Below are positions 10,736 to 24,154 of a stretch of 64,000 nt of DNA, in pieces (the first letter of the stretch is position 1; every line of letters begins with the position of its first letter). The notes beneath the pieces were generated by a model. That model was not told the DNA's origin and ran no database searches. It saw only the letters and a list, made by a program, of their open reading frames with translations. The stretch covers positions 17,422,001 through 17,486,000 of the forward strand of contig NC_086108.1 of the NCBI RefSeq assembly GCF_963921235.1, written 5' to 3'. The translations under genes were made by a program, and so were the position numbers. This DNA is from Mobula hypostoma (taxonomy: Eukaryota).

Positions 10736-13497
10736 TGGCCATTACAGAGTCTTGGTTGGCACCAGGGCAGGAATGGATTCTCAATATTCCTGGATTTCAG
10801 TGCTTTAAAAGGGATAGAGAGGGGGGAAAAGGGGAGGAGGGGTGGCATTGCTGGTCAGGGATACTATTACTGCTACAGAAAGGGTGGGTAACGTAGCAGG
10901 ATTCTCTTTTGAGTCAGTATGGGTTGAAGTCAGGAACAGGAAGGGAGCAGTTACTCTATTGGGAGAATTCTTTAGGCCCCCTGGTAGCAGTAGAGATACT
11001 GAAGAGCAGATTGGGAGGCAGTTTTTGGAAAGGAGCAAAAATAACAGGGTTGTTATCATGGGTGACTTTAACTTCTCTAATATTGATTGGCACCTGATTA
11101 GTTCCAATGGTTTAGACGGGGCAGAGTTTGTTGTGTGTGTCCAGGATGGATTCCTATCACAATATGTTGATAGGCCGACTAGGGGGAATGCCATACTAGA
11201 TCTAGTATTAGGTAACAAACCGGGTCAGGTCACAGATCTCTCAGTGGGTGAGCATCTGGGGAACAGTGACCACCGCTCCCTGGACTATAACATTATCATG
11301 GAAAAGGATAGAATCAGAGAGGACAGGAAAATTTTTAATTGGGGAAGGGCAAATTATGAGGCTATAGGGCTAGATCTTGTGGGTGTGAATTGGGATGATG
11401 TTTTTGCAGGGAAATGTACTATGAACATGTGGTCAATGTTTAGAGATCTCTTGCAGGATGTTAGGGATAAATTTGTCCCGGTGAGGAAGATAAAGAATGG
11501 TAGGGTGAAGGAACCATGGGTGGCTAGTGAGGTGGAAAATCTAGTGTGGTGGAAGAAGGCAGCATACATGAGGTTTAGGAAGCAAGGATCAGATGGGTCT
11601 ATTGAGGAATATAGGGTAGGAAGAAAGGAGCTTAAGAAGGGGCTGAGGAGAGGAAGAAGGGGGCATGAGAAGGCCTTGGCGACGAGGCTAAAGGAAAACC
11701 CCCAGGCATTCTTCAATTATGTGAAGAACAAAATGATGACAGGAGTTAAGGTAGGTTCGATTAGAGATAAAGGTGGGAAGATGTGCCTGGAGGCTGTGGA
11801 AGTGAGCGAGGTCCTCAATAAATACTTCTCTTCGGTATTCACCAATGAGAGGGAAATTGATGAAGGTGAGGACAATATGAGTAAGGTTAATGTTCTGGAG
11901 CATGTTGATATGAAGGGAGAGGAGGTGTTGTGAAGTTGTTAAAATACATCAGGACGGATGAGTCCCCAGGGCCTGATGGAATATTCCCCAGGCTGCTCCA
12001 AGAGGTGAGGGAAGGGATTGCTGAGCCTCTGGCTAGGATCTTTATGTCCTCGCTGTCCACGGGAATGGTACCAGAGGAATGGAGGGAGGCGAATGTTGTC
12101 CCCTTGTTCAAAAAAGGTAGTAGGGATAGTCCGGGTAATTATAGACCAGTGAGTCTTCTGTCTGTGGTGGGAAAGCTGTTGGAAAAGATTCTTGGAGATA
12201 GGATCTATGGGCATTTAGAGAATCATGGTCTGATCAGGGACAGTCAGCATGGCTTTGTGAAGGGCAGATCATGTCTAACAAGCCTGATGGAGTTCTCTGA
12301 GGAGGTGACTAGGCATATAGATGAGGGTAGTGCAGTGTATGTGATCTAAATGGATTTTAGTAAGGCATTTGACAAAGTTCCACACGGTAGGATTATTCAG
12401 AAAGTCAGAAGGCATGGGATCCAGGGAATCCAGATGGATTCAGAATTGGCTCGCCTGCAGAAAGCAGAGGGTCATGCTGGAGGGAGTACATTCGGATTGT
12501 GGTTATGTGACTAGTGGTGTCCCACAAGGATCGGCTCTAGGACCTCTACTTTTCGTGATTTTTATTAACGACCTGGATGTGGGGGTAGAAGGGTGGGGCT
12601 GGCAAGTTTGCAGACGACACAAAGGTTGGTGGTGTTGTGGAGAGTGTGGAGGATTGTCGAGGATTGCAGAGAGACATTGATAGGATGCAGAAGGGGCTGA
12701 GTTGTGGCAGATGGAGTTCAACCTGCAGAAGTGTGAGGTGGTACACTTTGGAAGGACAAACTCCAAAGCAGAGTACAAAGTAAATGGCAGGATATTTGAT
12801 AGTGTGGAGGAGCAGAGGGATCTGGGCGTACATGTCCATAGATCTCTGAAAGTTGCCTCCAGGTAGATAGGGTAGTTAAGAAAGCTTATGGGGTGTTAGC
12901 TTTCATAAGTCGAGGGATAGCGTTTAAGAGTCGCGGGATAATGATGCAGCTCTATAAAACTCTGGTTAGGCCACACTTGGAGTACTGTGTCCAGTTCTAG
13001 TCGCCTTACTATAGGAAGGATGTGGAAGCATTGGAAAGGGTACAGAGGAGATTTACCAGGATGCTGCCTGGTTTAGAGAGTATGGATTATGATCAGAGAT
13101 TGAGGGAGCTAGGGCTTTACTCTTTAGAGAGCAGGAGGATGAGAGGAGACATGATAGAGGTATACAAGATATTAAGAGGAAGAGGATAGAGTGGACAGTC
13201 AGTGCCTCTTCCCCAGGACACCGCTGCTCAGTACAAGAGGACATGGCTTTAAGGTAAGGGGTGGGAGGTTCAAGGGGGATATTAGAGGAAGGTTTTTTAC
13301 TCAGAGAGTGGTTGGTGCGTGGAATGCACTGCCTGAGTCAGTGGTGGAGGCAGATACAGTAGTGAAATTTAAGAGACTGCTAGATGGAGGAATTTAACGT
13401 GGGAGGTTATATGGGAGGTGGGGTTTGAGGGTCGGCACAACATTGTGGGCTGAAGGGCCTGTACTGTGCTGTACTATTCTGTGTTCTATGTTCTATG

Positions 13498-14020
13498 CTC
13501 AACCTGTCCTCATAAGACATGCTCTCTAGTCCAGGCAGCGTCGTGGTAAATATCTTTTCCTGCTCTCTATAGTTTCACATCCTTTCTTTTAATACACAAC
13601 CAGAACTGAACACAATATTCCATTGTAGATTTGTAGAGTCACAACATTTAATCCACAACTCTTGAACTCAATCCCCCAACTAATGAAGGCCAACACACCA
13701 TACGTCTTCTTAACAGCCCTTTCAACATGTGCGGCAACTTTGCGGGAACTATGGATGTGATCCCCAAGGTCCCTTTGTTCTTTCACACTGCCAAGAATCC
13801 TGCCATTTAACCCTCTATTCTGCCTTCAAATTCGACCTTCCAAAATGAAACACTCAACCAGGTTGAACTCCATATGCCACTCAGCCCAGCTCTGTATTCT
13901 GTCAATGTCCCGCCGGAACCTTTAACAGCCTTCCTCAGTATCAACAATGCCACCAATCTCATGTCATCTGCAGACTTACTAACTCAACCTTCCACTTCCT
14001 CATCCAAGTCATTTATAAAA
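13498..14020 (-). mobile_element. Old CR1 RT fragment (continuation of about 9890-10153)
   Basis: Degenerate EQRDLG and VKKTYGVLAFI peptides. The sequence continues across the CR1 insertion. Confidence 0.7.
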
Positions 14021-14479
14021 CTCATTACAAAACTCATTGGATTTACCAAGAGAAACTGTGTTATACAAGGGGAAGTATTGTTGAATGAAAAAGGGAAATT
14101 GCTGTGATCATCAGGGAGCCTATTGTTGGGAGTGCAAGGAAAACTGTGGAGTGGATAAGGATAATATTATGTTTTGAAACTCCAAAATGTAAACTGAATC
14201 AAAGGAAAAATATGGAGCTGGTGATAGCTTGTGTACTTTCTTATTTTTACTTTAGTGAGGCATGCACATATGTGGTGGCGTAATGACGTATGTGAGATTG
14301 TACAAGGATCTTAATTGGGACAATGTTGGATTGCAGAGATGTTACAAAATACCACATCACACTTGAAGCAGCAGGAATTTGTCCCTTCTCATCAGTACCC
14401 TCTCTGTGCTTACTGCTGCCCTGCTGGGAGAACTGACTCACCAAGCGTCCGGGTTGAGTGACAGAATTTATGTTATTAA

Positions 14480-15095
14480 GATCATACTACCTTAGGAGGT
14501 TGTGGAGAGCATATTGACTGGCTGCATTACAGCCTGGTATGAAAACACCAATGCCCTTGAATGGAAAATCCTAAAAAATTAGTGGATATGGCCCTCCCCA
14601 GCATTGAGCACATCTACATGAAAATCTGTCGCAGAAAAGCAGCACCCATCATCCGGGACCCCACCACTCAGGACATGCTCTCCTCTCGCTGATACCAGAG
14701 CCTCAGGACTCACACTACCAGGTTCAGGAACAGATATTACTTCTCAACCATCAGGCTCTTGAACCAAATGGGATAACTTCATTCAACTCCACCTGCCCCA
14801 TCATTGAAATGTTCCCACAACCAATGGACTCACTTTCAAGGACTGTTCATCTCATGTTCTCAATATTCATTGATTATTTATTTATTATTATTATTATTAT
14901 TTCTTTGTTTTTGTGTTTGCCTAGTTTGTTGTCTTCTACACTGTTTGAAAGCCCAAGTTGGTGTGATTTTTCATTGATTCTGTTACGGTTATTATTCTAT
15001 CAAGTTATTGAGTATGCCCACAAAAAATGAATCTCTGGGTTGTTTACAATGACATACATGTACTTTGATAATAAAATTTAGTTTGAACTCTGAAA
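14480..15095 (+). mobile_element. Old Rex/L2-like LINE 3' remnant
   Basis: Degenerate ESILTGCITAWY coding remnant, followed by a 3' UTR with an AATAAA-type end. Confidence 0.55.
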
Positions 15096-15712
15096 ATAGA
15101 CTGCAGAGAATACAGTGGAGAGAACAGAATCAGAATCAGGTTTATTTTCACTGACATAGGTCATGAAATGGCAGCATGAAAAACGAATTATGTTATTTTT
15201 CTAGTTACTTTTCCTTGTAGTTTAGCTTTCCTATGCTTGCTTATAATTTTTATATAATTACCTATATACGTGTGAAGGTTCAGTAAATTGTCCAGTAATC
15301 GTAGTGTAACTGATACTGTATTTTCCAGAAGCTACAAATGTTTTTGCAGCAGGTGTTACTGTACTTGAATCTGGCTATTTGTAGGTTAATTTTTTAAGAC
15401 CATAAGACATAGAAGTAGAGTTAGGCTATCAACCCATCAAGTCTGCTCCACCATTCCATCATGGCTTATTTATTATCCCTCTCAACCCAATTCTCCCACC
15501 TTTTCCCCATATCCTTTGATGACCTTACTAATTTATCACTGGGAATATTGTTATTTCTAGTCTGAGTATGAGATGACGGTGAGTTTTTTTTTTGGCTTTT
15601 TCTATTTGTCTGTCCTTGCTTGTCACATTTAATACCACAACAGAAACTTTCAAATTTTCTGCCTCATTCTTGACTTCCAAAGAACCTCTGGATCAATATC
15701 ACCGGATCCAAC

Positions 15713-16250
15713 ATAGAAAATAGAGAACATAGAAATTTACAACACATTACAGGCCTTCGGTCCACAATGTTGTGTCGACCATGTAACCTACTCTGGAGAT
15801 TGCTTAAAATTTCCCTAGTGTATAGCCCTCTATTTTTCTAAGCTCCATGTACCTATTTAAGAGGTTCTTAAAAGACTCTATTGTATCCGCTTCCACCACC
15901 GGCCATGCACCCACCACTCTCTGTGTGAAAAACATACCCCTGACATCCCCTCCCTATTTCCAAGCACCCTCATGTTCGCCATTTCAGCCCCGGGAAAAAG
16001 CCTGTGGCTATCCACAAAATCAGTGCCCCTCATCATCTTATACACCTCTCTCAGGTCACCTCTCATTCTCCATCACTCCAAGGGGAAAAGGCCAAGTACA
16101 CTCAACCTATTCTCACAGGTACGCCCTCCAATCCAGGCAACATATTGTAACTCTCCTCTGCACTTTCTCAATAATATCCACATCCTTCCTGTAGTGAGGT
16201 GACCAGAACTGAACACAATCGTCCAAGTGGGGTCTGACCAAGGTCTTATA
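15713..16250 (-). mobile_element. Old CR1 3' fragment
   Basis: [18 protein letters not shown] and RGDLREVYK peptides, with a CR1-type tail. Confidence 0.75.
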
Positions 16251-16559
16251 AAAAACAAATGAATAGTGGAAATAAAGGAACAATAGGGTAGTCTTCATGA
16301 ATCATTCGGAAAACTAACGTCGGAGGGGAAGAAGATGTTCCTAGCTGTGTCTTCAAGCTCCTGTATCTTCACCCCAGTATCAGAGAACAGGACATGTCTT
16401 GGTTGGTGAGTGTCTTTAATGATAAATGCTGTCTTCTTGAGGCATTGCCTCTTTAAGATGCCCTTGATGGTGGGGATATTATACAGAGTTCACAGGTATT
16501 GCAGGAAAAAATGTGAAACATACAGTGGGAGTGTAGGTAATATTGAGGCGTCTATAAAG

Positions 16560-18986
16560 TCGAGTGCAGGGTGTATAGTATAGAGTGCAGGGGTGAAAAT
16601 GTAGAGTGGGGGGGTGTATAATGCAGACTGGGGAGTGTAGAATGGAGAGTGCAAGGTATATAATGTAGAGTGTGGAGTATATAATGTAGACTGGGGAGTG
16701 TATAGTGTAGAGAGGGAAGTGTACAATGCAGAGTGGAGAGTGTATAGAGTGGGGAGTGAATAATGTAGAGTGTGGGGTATATACTGCAGAGTGAGGGGTG
16801 TATAATGTGGAGTGCACGGTGTATAAAGTAGAGTGGGGAGTAAATAATGAAGAGTGTGGAGCGTATAATGTAGATAGATAGATAGATAGATAGACATACT
16901 TTATTGATCCCGAGGGAAATTGGGAAAGAATGCGGTGTGTATAATGTAGAGAGGAGAGTGTAGAAAGTAGAGAATGGCATGTATTATGTAGAGTGGGGAG
17001 TGTAGAATGTAGACTGGGGTGTGTAGAATGCAGAGTGCTGGTTGTATAATCTCGAGTGCAGTGTATTATGTAGAGTGGGGATTGTAGAATGTAGATTGGG
17101 GAGTGTAGAATGCAGAGTGCTGGTTGTATAATCTCGAGTGCAGTGTATTATGTAGAGTGGGGATTGTAGAATGTAGATTGGGGAGTGTAGAATGCAGAGT
17201 GCTGGTTGTATAATGTCGAGTGCAGTATATGATGTAGAGTGAGGGGTGTATAATGTAGAGTTCGGGGTGTATAATATATATATATATAATGTAGAGTGCG
17301 GATCATATAATGTAGTGCGGGGTTTATAATGCAAAGTGGGAAGTGTATAATGTAGAGTCGGAAGTGTGGGTTGTATAATGTGCACACAGTGTATAATGTA
17401 CAGTGTGGAGTGTATAATGTAGAGTGGGTAGTGTATAATTTAGAGTGGGGAATGTATACTGTAGAGTGTGGCATGTATAATGTAGAGTGTGGCATGTATA
17501 ATGTAGAGTGCGGCTCGTATAACGTAGAGTTGGGGCTTTATAATTTGGAGTGTGGGGTTTATAACATAGAGTGGGGTGTGTATAATGCAGAGTGCGGGTC
17601 GTATAATGCAGAGTGGGGAGTATATAAAGTAGAGTGGGGCTTGTATAATTTAGAGTGGAGCGTTTATAACGTAGAGTGCGGGTCGTATAACATAGAGTGC
17701 AGGGCTTATAATGTAGAGTGGGGAGTGTACAATATAGAATATAGGTTGTATAATGTAGTGCGCACAGTGTATATGCAGAGTGGACATTGCAGAGTGTATA
17801 ATGTAGAGTGGGTAGTGTATGGGGGAATGTATGCTGTAGAGAGGCCAGTGTATAATGTAGAGTGGGGCATGTATAACGTAGAGTACGGGGTGTATAATGT
17901 AGAATGAGGGGAGTATAATGTGGAGTGGGGTGTGTATAATGGAGACTGTGGCTTGAATAATATAGAGCGGGGAGTGTATAATGTATAGTATGGTGTAGAG
18001 TGGGGAGTGTATAATCCAGAGTGGTGAGTGCATATTGTAGAGAGAAATGTATAATGCAGAGTGCGGGGAGTATAATGTAGAGTGCGGGGTGTATAATGTA
18101 GAGTGTGATGTGTATAATGATGCGGAGTGCGGGGTGTACGATGCGGAGTGCGGGGTGTACGATGCGGAGTGTGGGGTGTACGGTGTGGAGTGTGGGGTGC
18201 ATGGTGCGGAGTGTGGGGTGTACGATGCGGAGTGCACGATGTGGAGTGTGGGGTGTATGGTGCAGAGTGCGGGGTGTACGATATGGAGTGCGGGGTGTAC
18301 GGTGCGGAGTGCGGGGTGTACGGTGCGGAGTGCGGGGTGTACGGTGCGGAGTGCGGGGTGTACGATGTGGAGTGTGGGGTGTATGGTGCGGAGTGTGGGG
18401 TGTACGGTGTGGAGTGTGGGGTGTATGGTGCGGAGTGTACGGTGCAGAGTGTGGGGTGTATGGTGCGGAGTGTGGGGTGTATGGTGTGGAGTGCGGGGTG
18501 TACGATGTGGGGTGCGGGGTGTACGATGCGGGGTGCGGGGTGTACGATGCGGAGTGCGGGGTGTACGGTGCGGAGTGGAGTGTGGGGTGCACGGTGCGGA
18601 GTGCGGGGTGTACGGTGCGGAGTGGAGTGTGGGGTGTACGGTGCGGAGTGTGGGGTGTACGGTGCGGAGTGTGGGGTGTACGGTGTGGGGTGTACGGTGT
18701 GGGGTGTATGGTGCGGAGTGTACGGTGCGGAGTGTGGGGTGTACGATGCGGAGTGTGGGGTGTACGGTGCGGAGTGTACGGTGCGGAGTGTGGGGTGTAT
18801 GGTGCGGAGTGTATGGTGCAGAGTGCGGGGTGTACGGTGCGGAGTGCGGGGTGTACGGTGCGGAGTGTGGGGTGTACGGTGCAGAGTGTGGGGTGTACGA
18901 TGCGGAGTGCAGGGTGTACGGTGCGGAGTGCGGGGTGTATGATGTTGAAGGTGGGGTGTATAATGTATGGTGTAGAGTGGGGAGTA
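16560..18986. repeat. G-rich minisatellite, about 21-bp unit built from 7-bp subunits
   Basis: GTGTATAATGTAGAGTGTGGG-type units grade into GTGTACG(A/G)TGCGGAGTG(C/T)GGG-type units. The ORF track shows 7-aa periodicity. Confidence 0.95.
16871..16924 (-). mobile_element. Extremely truncated Rex-like LINE tail inside the minisatellite
   Basis: Minus strand reads CCCAATTTCCCTCGGGATCAATAAAGTATG, as in the other Rex-like ends, but with a (TCTA)n tail. Confidence 0.65.
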
Positions 18987-19351
18987 TACTCCACAAAGCC
19001 ATAAGGAAGCCCAAATCCCAGTTTATGCGGGTCAAAGATGACCTGGGACTCAAGATGGCTGGTGTTTTGTAGGATTCCCCGTGAATGCAACGCAGCATAT
19101 ATAAGGCACGGTGGAAACCCGCATCAAGGAGCAGAGGAGGTGTATTCATTTGGGTTTCCCGGAGAAATTGGCGGTAACAGAACACTGTATTTGCAATGGC
19201 CATAGGATTGACTGTGACGGCACAAAACCGCTATGCTGCACAATGGCTTTTGGGGCCACCTGGTAAAGGATGCTATTGAAGTAAAACTAGAGAAAAAGAA
19301 TTTTAACAAAGATGAAGTTCTTGCTCCAAGTAAGAACTGGAGTTCAATTGT

Positions 19352-20601
19352 GTGGGTCTGTGGACGTCCAACACGAGTGATAAGGACCATCGACATCCTT
19401 GGGTGGGTGTGTTTGGAGGTGACTGATGAGTCCAGTCTGGGCTAGGAAGTACCTCCTGCACGTGGGGCAAGTGTGTGAGGGTTCTGTAGTTGAGGTGCCT
19501 GCTGCTCATTCTTTCGCTGTTGTTGTTTCTCTTTTGCTTCAGCATTGAGATTCTTTTCAGCTTTGGTGGCACCTTTATTGAGAAGGCTACACCAGGATGA
19601 GCAATTCAAGGCTGCGTGTTCCCAAAAAGTGTGATCGATCTCAAGGGCCTTGAGCATGTCCTTGAATCATTTTTGCTGACGATGAGAGTGTTTCCCCATG
19701 GACAGTTTCCCGAAGGTCAACTGGTTGAGAATGCAATCGTTTGACATCTTGACGACATGGCCTGCCCATCTGACTTGATGTTTCCTCAGAAATGTGTGGA
19801 TGGTGGGCATGTCTGGTGCAGACAGCACTTCAGTGTCAGGAATTCCGTCTTGCCAATTGATTTTCATGATCTTCCATAGGCATGACAAGTGGAAGTGGTT
19901 CAGTCTACTTGCATGTCTCATGTACACAGTCCACGTTTCACACGTGTAGACGAGGGTAGGTAGGATGACAGTGTGGTACACTTTCAGCTTAGTCTTCAGA
20001 GTAATTCCTCTTCACTCCTAGACAGTGTCATGTAGTCTCCCAAAATTGGCACTATCCTTGGCGTTCCTGCAGCTGATCTTATTGACATTGTGAACTACTC
20101 TTGAGAGGGTGCTGACAAGATACGTAAACTTGTCGACTGCCTGGAGCTGCTGGCCGTTCAATGAGATGGATAGCTCCACATCAGACTGACCTGGGGCTGC
20201 TTGATGTATGACTTCCATCTTCTTGGCGCTGATGGTGAGACCAAACTTGTCACATGCAGTGGAAAATTTGTCAATGATACCCTATATGTCAGACTCAGAG
20301 CTTGCATTGAGAGCACAGTCATCAGCAAATAAAGTCTCTCAGCAAATAAAGTCTCTCTTAGTAACGGCTTGAAGCCTGCACAGATTGAACAGCTTGCCAT
20401 CCATCTTGTATTTGATGTGGATTCTAGGATCACTGCCTCAGAACACATCAGTCAATATCACACTGAACATCATGATGAAGAGGGTGGGTGCCAGCACGCA
20501 TCCCTGCTTGACCCCATTTGTGACTGAGAAAGCAACAGAACAGTTCACCATCATCGAGCACGCAGGCTGACATCCTGTCATGAAATTGCTTGACCATGGT
20601 C
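19352..20601 (-). mobile_element. RTE-clade LINE, 5'-truncated
   Basis: Peptides GVKQGCVLAP, LFADD and LPTLVYTCETWT...RWAGHV. Degenerate 11-bp TSD AGTTCAATTGT / AATTTGATTGT. Confidence 0.85.
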
Positions 20602-20673
20602 AATTTGATTGTAAATAAGGAGGGATGGACGACAGCGATATAAATACCATCGGACTAGAAGTGCCTAGGCATC

Positions 20674-20716
20674 ATCCCTGATGAAGATGGCAAAGTTTGT
20701 CATCGAAATGTCGGTT
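20674..20716 (+). ncRNA. Minimal hammerhead ribozyme motif of a second PLE family
   Basis: CC-CTGATGA-A-GATGGCAAAGTTTGTCATC-GAAA-TGTC-GG. Long stem II of unrelated sequence. Confidence 0.65.
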
Positions 20717-21959
20717 AGAATCAATACCCAGCTGGAAGACCAAGAAGAGTTTATTTGTTATGTATGCCAGGAAAGCGCTCGATCCTCTTTCAGAGTTTAT
20801 GAGAGGCATAGAAAGGGTAGGTAGAATACTTTTCTCAGAGTGAAAATGTCAAGTAGCTGAGGACATGAGAGGGAAAATGTTTAAAGGAGATCTGTGATAC
20901 AGGCTTTCTTCACAAAGAGTGGTGGCTGCTTGGAAAGTGTTGCTGGGTTGACTAGTAGAAGCAGAAACGATAGTGGCATTTAAGAAGCTGTTAAATAGAC
21001 GCATGAATATGCATGAATGGAAAAATTTGGATTATGTACAGGCAGAAGATAGTTTAATTTGCATTGTGTTTCATACAGATATTGTAGGCCAAAGGGTTTG
21101 TTTCTGTATTGTTCTATCAATTTCTGAGATACTCTGACAAGATCTTTGCTTGCCTATTGACAACTGCCAATTTTTTCTTATTTTATGCATGCTTCCCATC
21201 ATTTCTTCTTCTTTCCTTCCCCAACGTGGGCAGTCACCCACACTGCTGGTTGACTACATTGCAGACCCCAATATCCCTTGGTCTTCTCTCCCTCTACACC
21301 TCACCTGTGCAGGGTTGTGCTGATGGTTTTGTGTCAGTCGGAAGGCTCTTGCTTTGGGAGATCCAATCACGTTCCAGATGGATATTCCCCATCAATCCCG
21401 AGGCAGTGCAGCAATGTGTTTGGGTTTCCATTTTCAGAGAAGTCAGTGCACTCAACGCCCATGTTCTGTTTGAACTAGTGATAAGCAACTCCACTGCTTT
21501 TAGAGGACAAGGAGATTTCCCAATATGCTGGCAGGTGGTTATTGCTGAAGGAGGTTATAGAACATAGAACAGTACAGCACAAGAACAAGTACTTTGACCC
21601 AGCATATTGTGCTTAACTAATTAAACTAGTGACATTAATCCCTTCTACCTACATATGGAGCATATTCCTCCATTCTCTGTACACTCATATGCCTATTTAC
21701 GAGCCTCTCTTAATCACCTCCATCATATCTGCCTCTGCCACCACCCCTGTTAGTGCATTTCAGGCATCCACTACTGTGGAAAAAAAACTTTACCACCTGT
21801 TAGATTAAATCCATGCCCTTTAGTATTAGTCATTTCAACCTCGGGATAAAGATACTGGCTTGGTACTCCATTTATGCCTCTCATATCTTGGACCTCACAT
21901 CAGGCCTCCTCTCAGCCACGACACTCCAGAGAAAACCCTAGTTTGTCCAACCTTTCCTC

Positions 21960-22400
21960 ATAGTCATAGTCATACTTTATTGAGCCCGGGGGAAACTGGT
22001 TTTCGTTACAGTTGCACCATAATAATAAATAGTAATAGAACCATAAATAGTTAAATAGTAATATGTAAATTATGCCAGTAAATTATGAAATAAGTCCAGG
22101 ACCTGCCTATTGGCTCAGGGTGTCTGACCCTCCAAGGGAGGAGTTGTAAAGTTTGATGGCCACAGGCGGGAATGACTTCCTATGACGCTCTGTGCTGCAT
22201 CTCGGTGGAATGAGTCTCTGGCTGAATGTACTCCTGTGCCCACCTAGTACATTATGTAGTGGATGGGAGACATTGACCAAGATGGCATGCAACTTATACA
22301 GCATCTTCTTTTCAGACACCACCGTGAGAGAGTCCAGTTCCATCCCCACAACATCACTGGCCTTACGAATGAGTTTGTTGATTCTGTTGGTATCTGCTAC
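21960..22400 (-). mobile_element. Rex1/Babar-like LINE 3' fragment inside an old CR1 remnant
   Basis: Near-identical to 8626-9065, with an (ATGACT)n tail. Confidence 0.82.
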
Positions 22401-23498
22401 TAATCCTGGCAAACCTCTTCTGCACCTTCTCCAAAGCCTCCACATTCTAAAAAAAAATTGGTGGTGACCAGAATTGATACAATATTCCAGGATGTTATAA
22501 AGTAGCAACATAACGTCCACCTTTGTACTCAATGTATTGACTAATAAAAGCAAGCATGCTATATACCACCTTCATCAGCCTATCAACTTGTGCAGGACAT
22601 TAATGGAGCTACAGATAAACCCCAGATCCTTCTGTTCATCAGCACTTTTAAGGGTCCTGCTGTTTACTTTCCCTTTACCTTTGATCTCTGAAAATGCAAC
22701 ACCTTACACTTATCCAGACTGAACCCCAATGGGCCTTGTTCATTGCAGGGTGTGGGATCCAGCAGTGTAAGAGCTGGTCTTGGTATCTCTCCTCCTTTTC
22801 TTCGAAAGTACTTTATAGTTAGACAGCGATGAGCAAGGAATGCTTAAATCTTCCCTGTTCAATCACATTGAGGTGATGAAGTTGTGCAGATGTGTTAATC
22901 TGTTTGTAAACTGGGTCTTCACTTCACCCTCCAAGCCTCAGAGGAAATCAGCTCAAATGCAGTGAGAACAATTCACTTTTGTGACTCTGAGGTGATATTT
23001 TCTTCAGTTTATTGTGGTTGTGAGGACTCAGCCAGTTGTGCTTCCCCTCTGGGATGGTAGCCCAAGACGAGTCAGAGGTAGCCCGCTGATGTGGAACTGC
23101 AACTTTTAACAATACCTCCCTTCCTGATGGGGAAGGATTTTGCCTTGAATGGATTTGCTGATAATGATACAAAGAGAATAAATAACTTAGAACTGAGTCC
23201 AGTGTGCATTTTACTCCAGATATCCCAATATTTCCTGATTCCTTATGTGCACAATAGTGCATCCTTGCTTGCCAGTTCTCACTGAGGCAGAGGACAAAGC
23301 AGTTCCTCACTCCTTTCCACTTTGATCTTCAGTCCTACAACCTTTAAAGGTCTTTACATCACGCCAATTCTTACCTTTTTCCTATCCTCCGTTTCAACCA
23401 TTGTTATGATTACTTTGCCCCTGGGCTGCCAGCCTGGATCTCTTCCTTAAATTTCTGCCTCAGTCTTTCTCTTTTAGAACCTCTGTGTCTGACCAACT

Positions 23499-23878
23499 TA
23501 TAAGACCATAAGATATAGGAGCAGAATTAGGCCATTTGACCCATCGAGTTTGCTCCACTGATCCATTTTCCTTCTCAGCCCCAATTCCTTGCTTTCTCCC
23601 CATACCCTTCATGCCATGATTAATTAAGAATCTACCAACCTCTGCCTTAAATACACCTAATAACTTGGTCTCCACAGCTGCCTGTGGCAATGAATTCCAC
23701 AGATTCACCATCGTCTGGCTAAACAAATTCCTGCTCATCTCTATTCTAAATGGACGCCCCTCCATTCTGAGGCTGTGTCGTCTGATCTTAAACTCCCCCA
23801 CCATAGGAAACATCTTCTTCACATCCAGGCCTTTGAGGCCTTTCAACATTTGATAGGTTTCAATGAGGTCACCGCTCA
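23499..23878 (-). mobile_element. CR1 3' fragment
   Basis: GDLIETY...VNLWNSLP peptide and a (TCTTATGG)n tail. Confidence 0.85.
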
Positions 23879-24154
23879 TAGTCAAGGTAGTCTATTTTCC
23901 TGAGTATCAGTACTTGTCAAATTCAGTTTAATAAGTCTCTGAAACACCTTAGGCTATTAATGAATAAGAATGTCGTATTAATGTAAGTTTCTACACTTGA
24001 ATAGCCTACTGCTCTGCAGTCACACGGTTTAGTCCTTGGCCTGAATAAAGAGTATTGGTGTACATTTGTTCTACTCTTTACTCTGTAAAAGTAATAAACT
24101 TACAACAACTTGAATGTCAGTGATCATAACTGTCTTTGCAATTACACAAACAAA

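Larger units (their letters stand above)
10154..13497 (+). mobile_element. CR1 LINE (ORF1 C-terminus plus APE-RT ORF2, disrupted)
   Basis: Motifs YLNARSIRNK, MGDFN, ILDLVL, SDH, NYRPVSL and SGVPQGS. (TTCTATG)n tail. Inserted in an older minus-strand CR1 fragment. Confidence 0.92.
18987..20790 (+). mobile_element. Second Penelope-like family (GIY-YIG remnant plus 3' end), split by an RTE
   Basis: Degenerate GV..IPCEC.AAYI...VETRIKE coding at about 19060-19135. Hammerhead motif at 20674. Confidence 0.7.

Noticed and set aside
10397..10891. Novel chimeric protein
   Set aside because: CR1 ORF2 start reading through a PLE insertion delimited by a TSD.
16600..18120. Many TATAAT (-10-like) promoter boxes
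   Set aside because: They are part of the minisatellite unit in a vertebrate genome.
17324..19203. Long ORFs (271-588 aa) on both strands
   Set aside because: By-products of the 21-bp stop-poor minisatellite; they are low complexity and open in many frames.
22107..22553. Novel 148-aa gene
   Set aside because: Accidental in-frame junction of a CR1 remnant and a Rex-like fragment.
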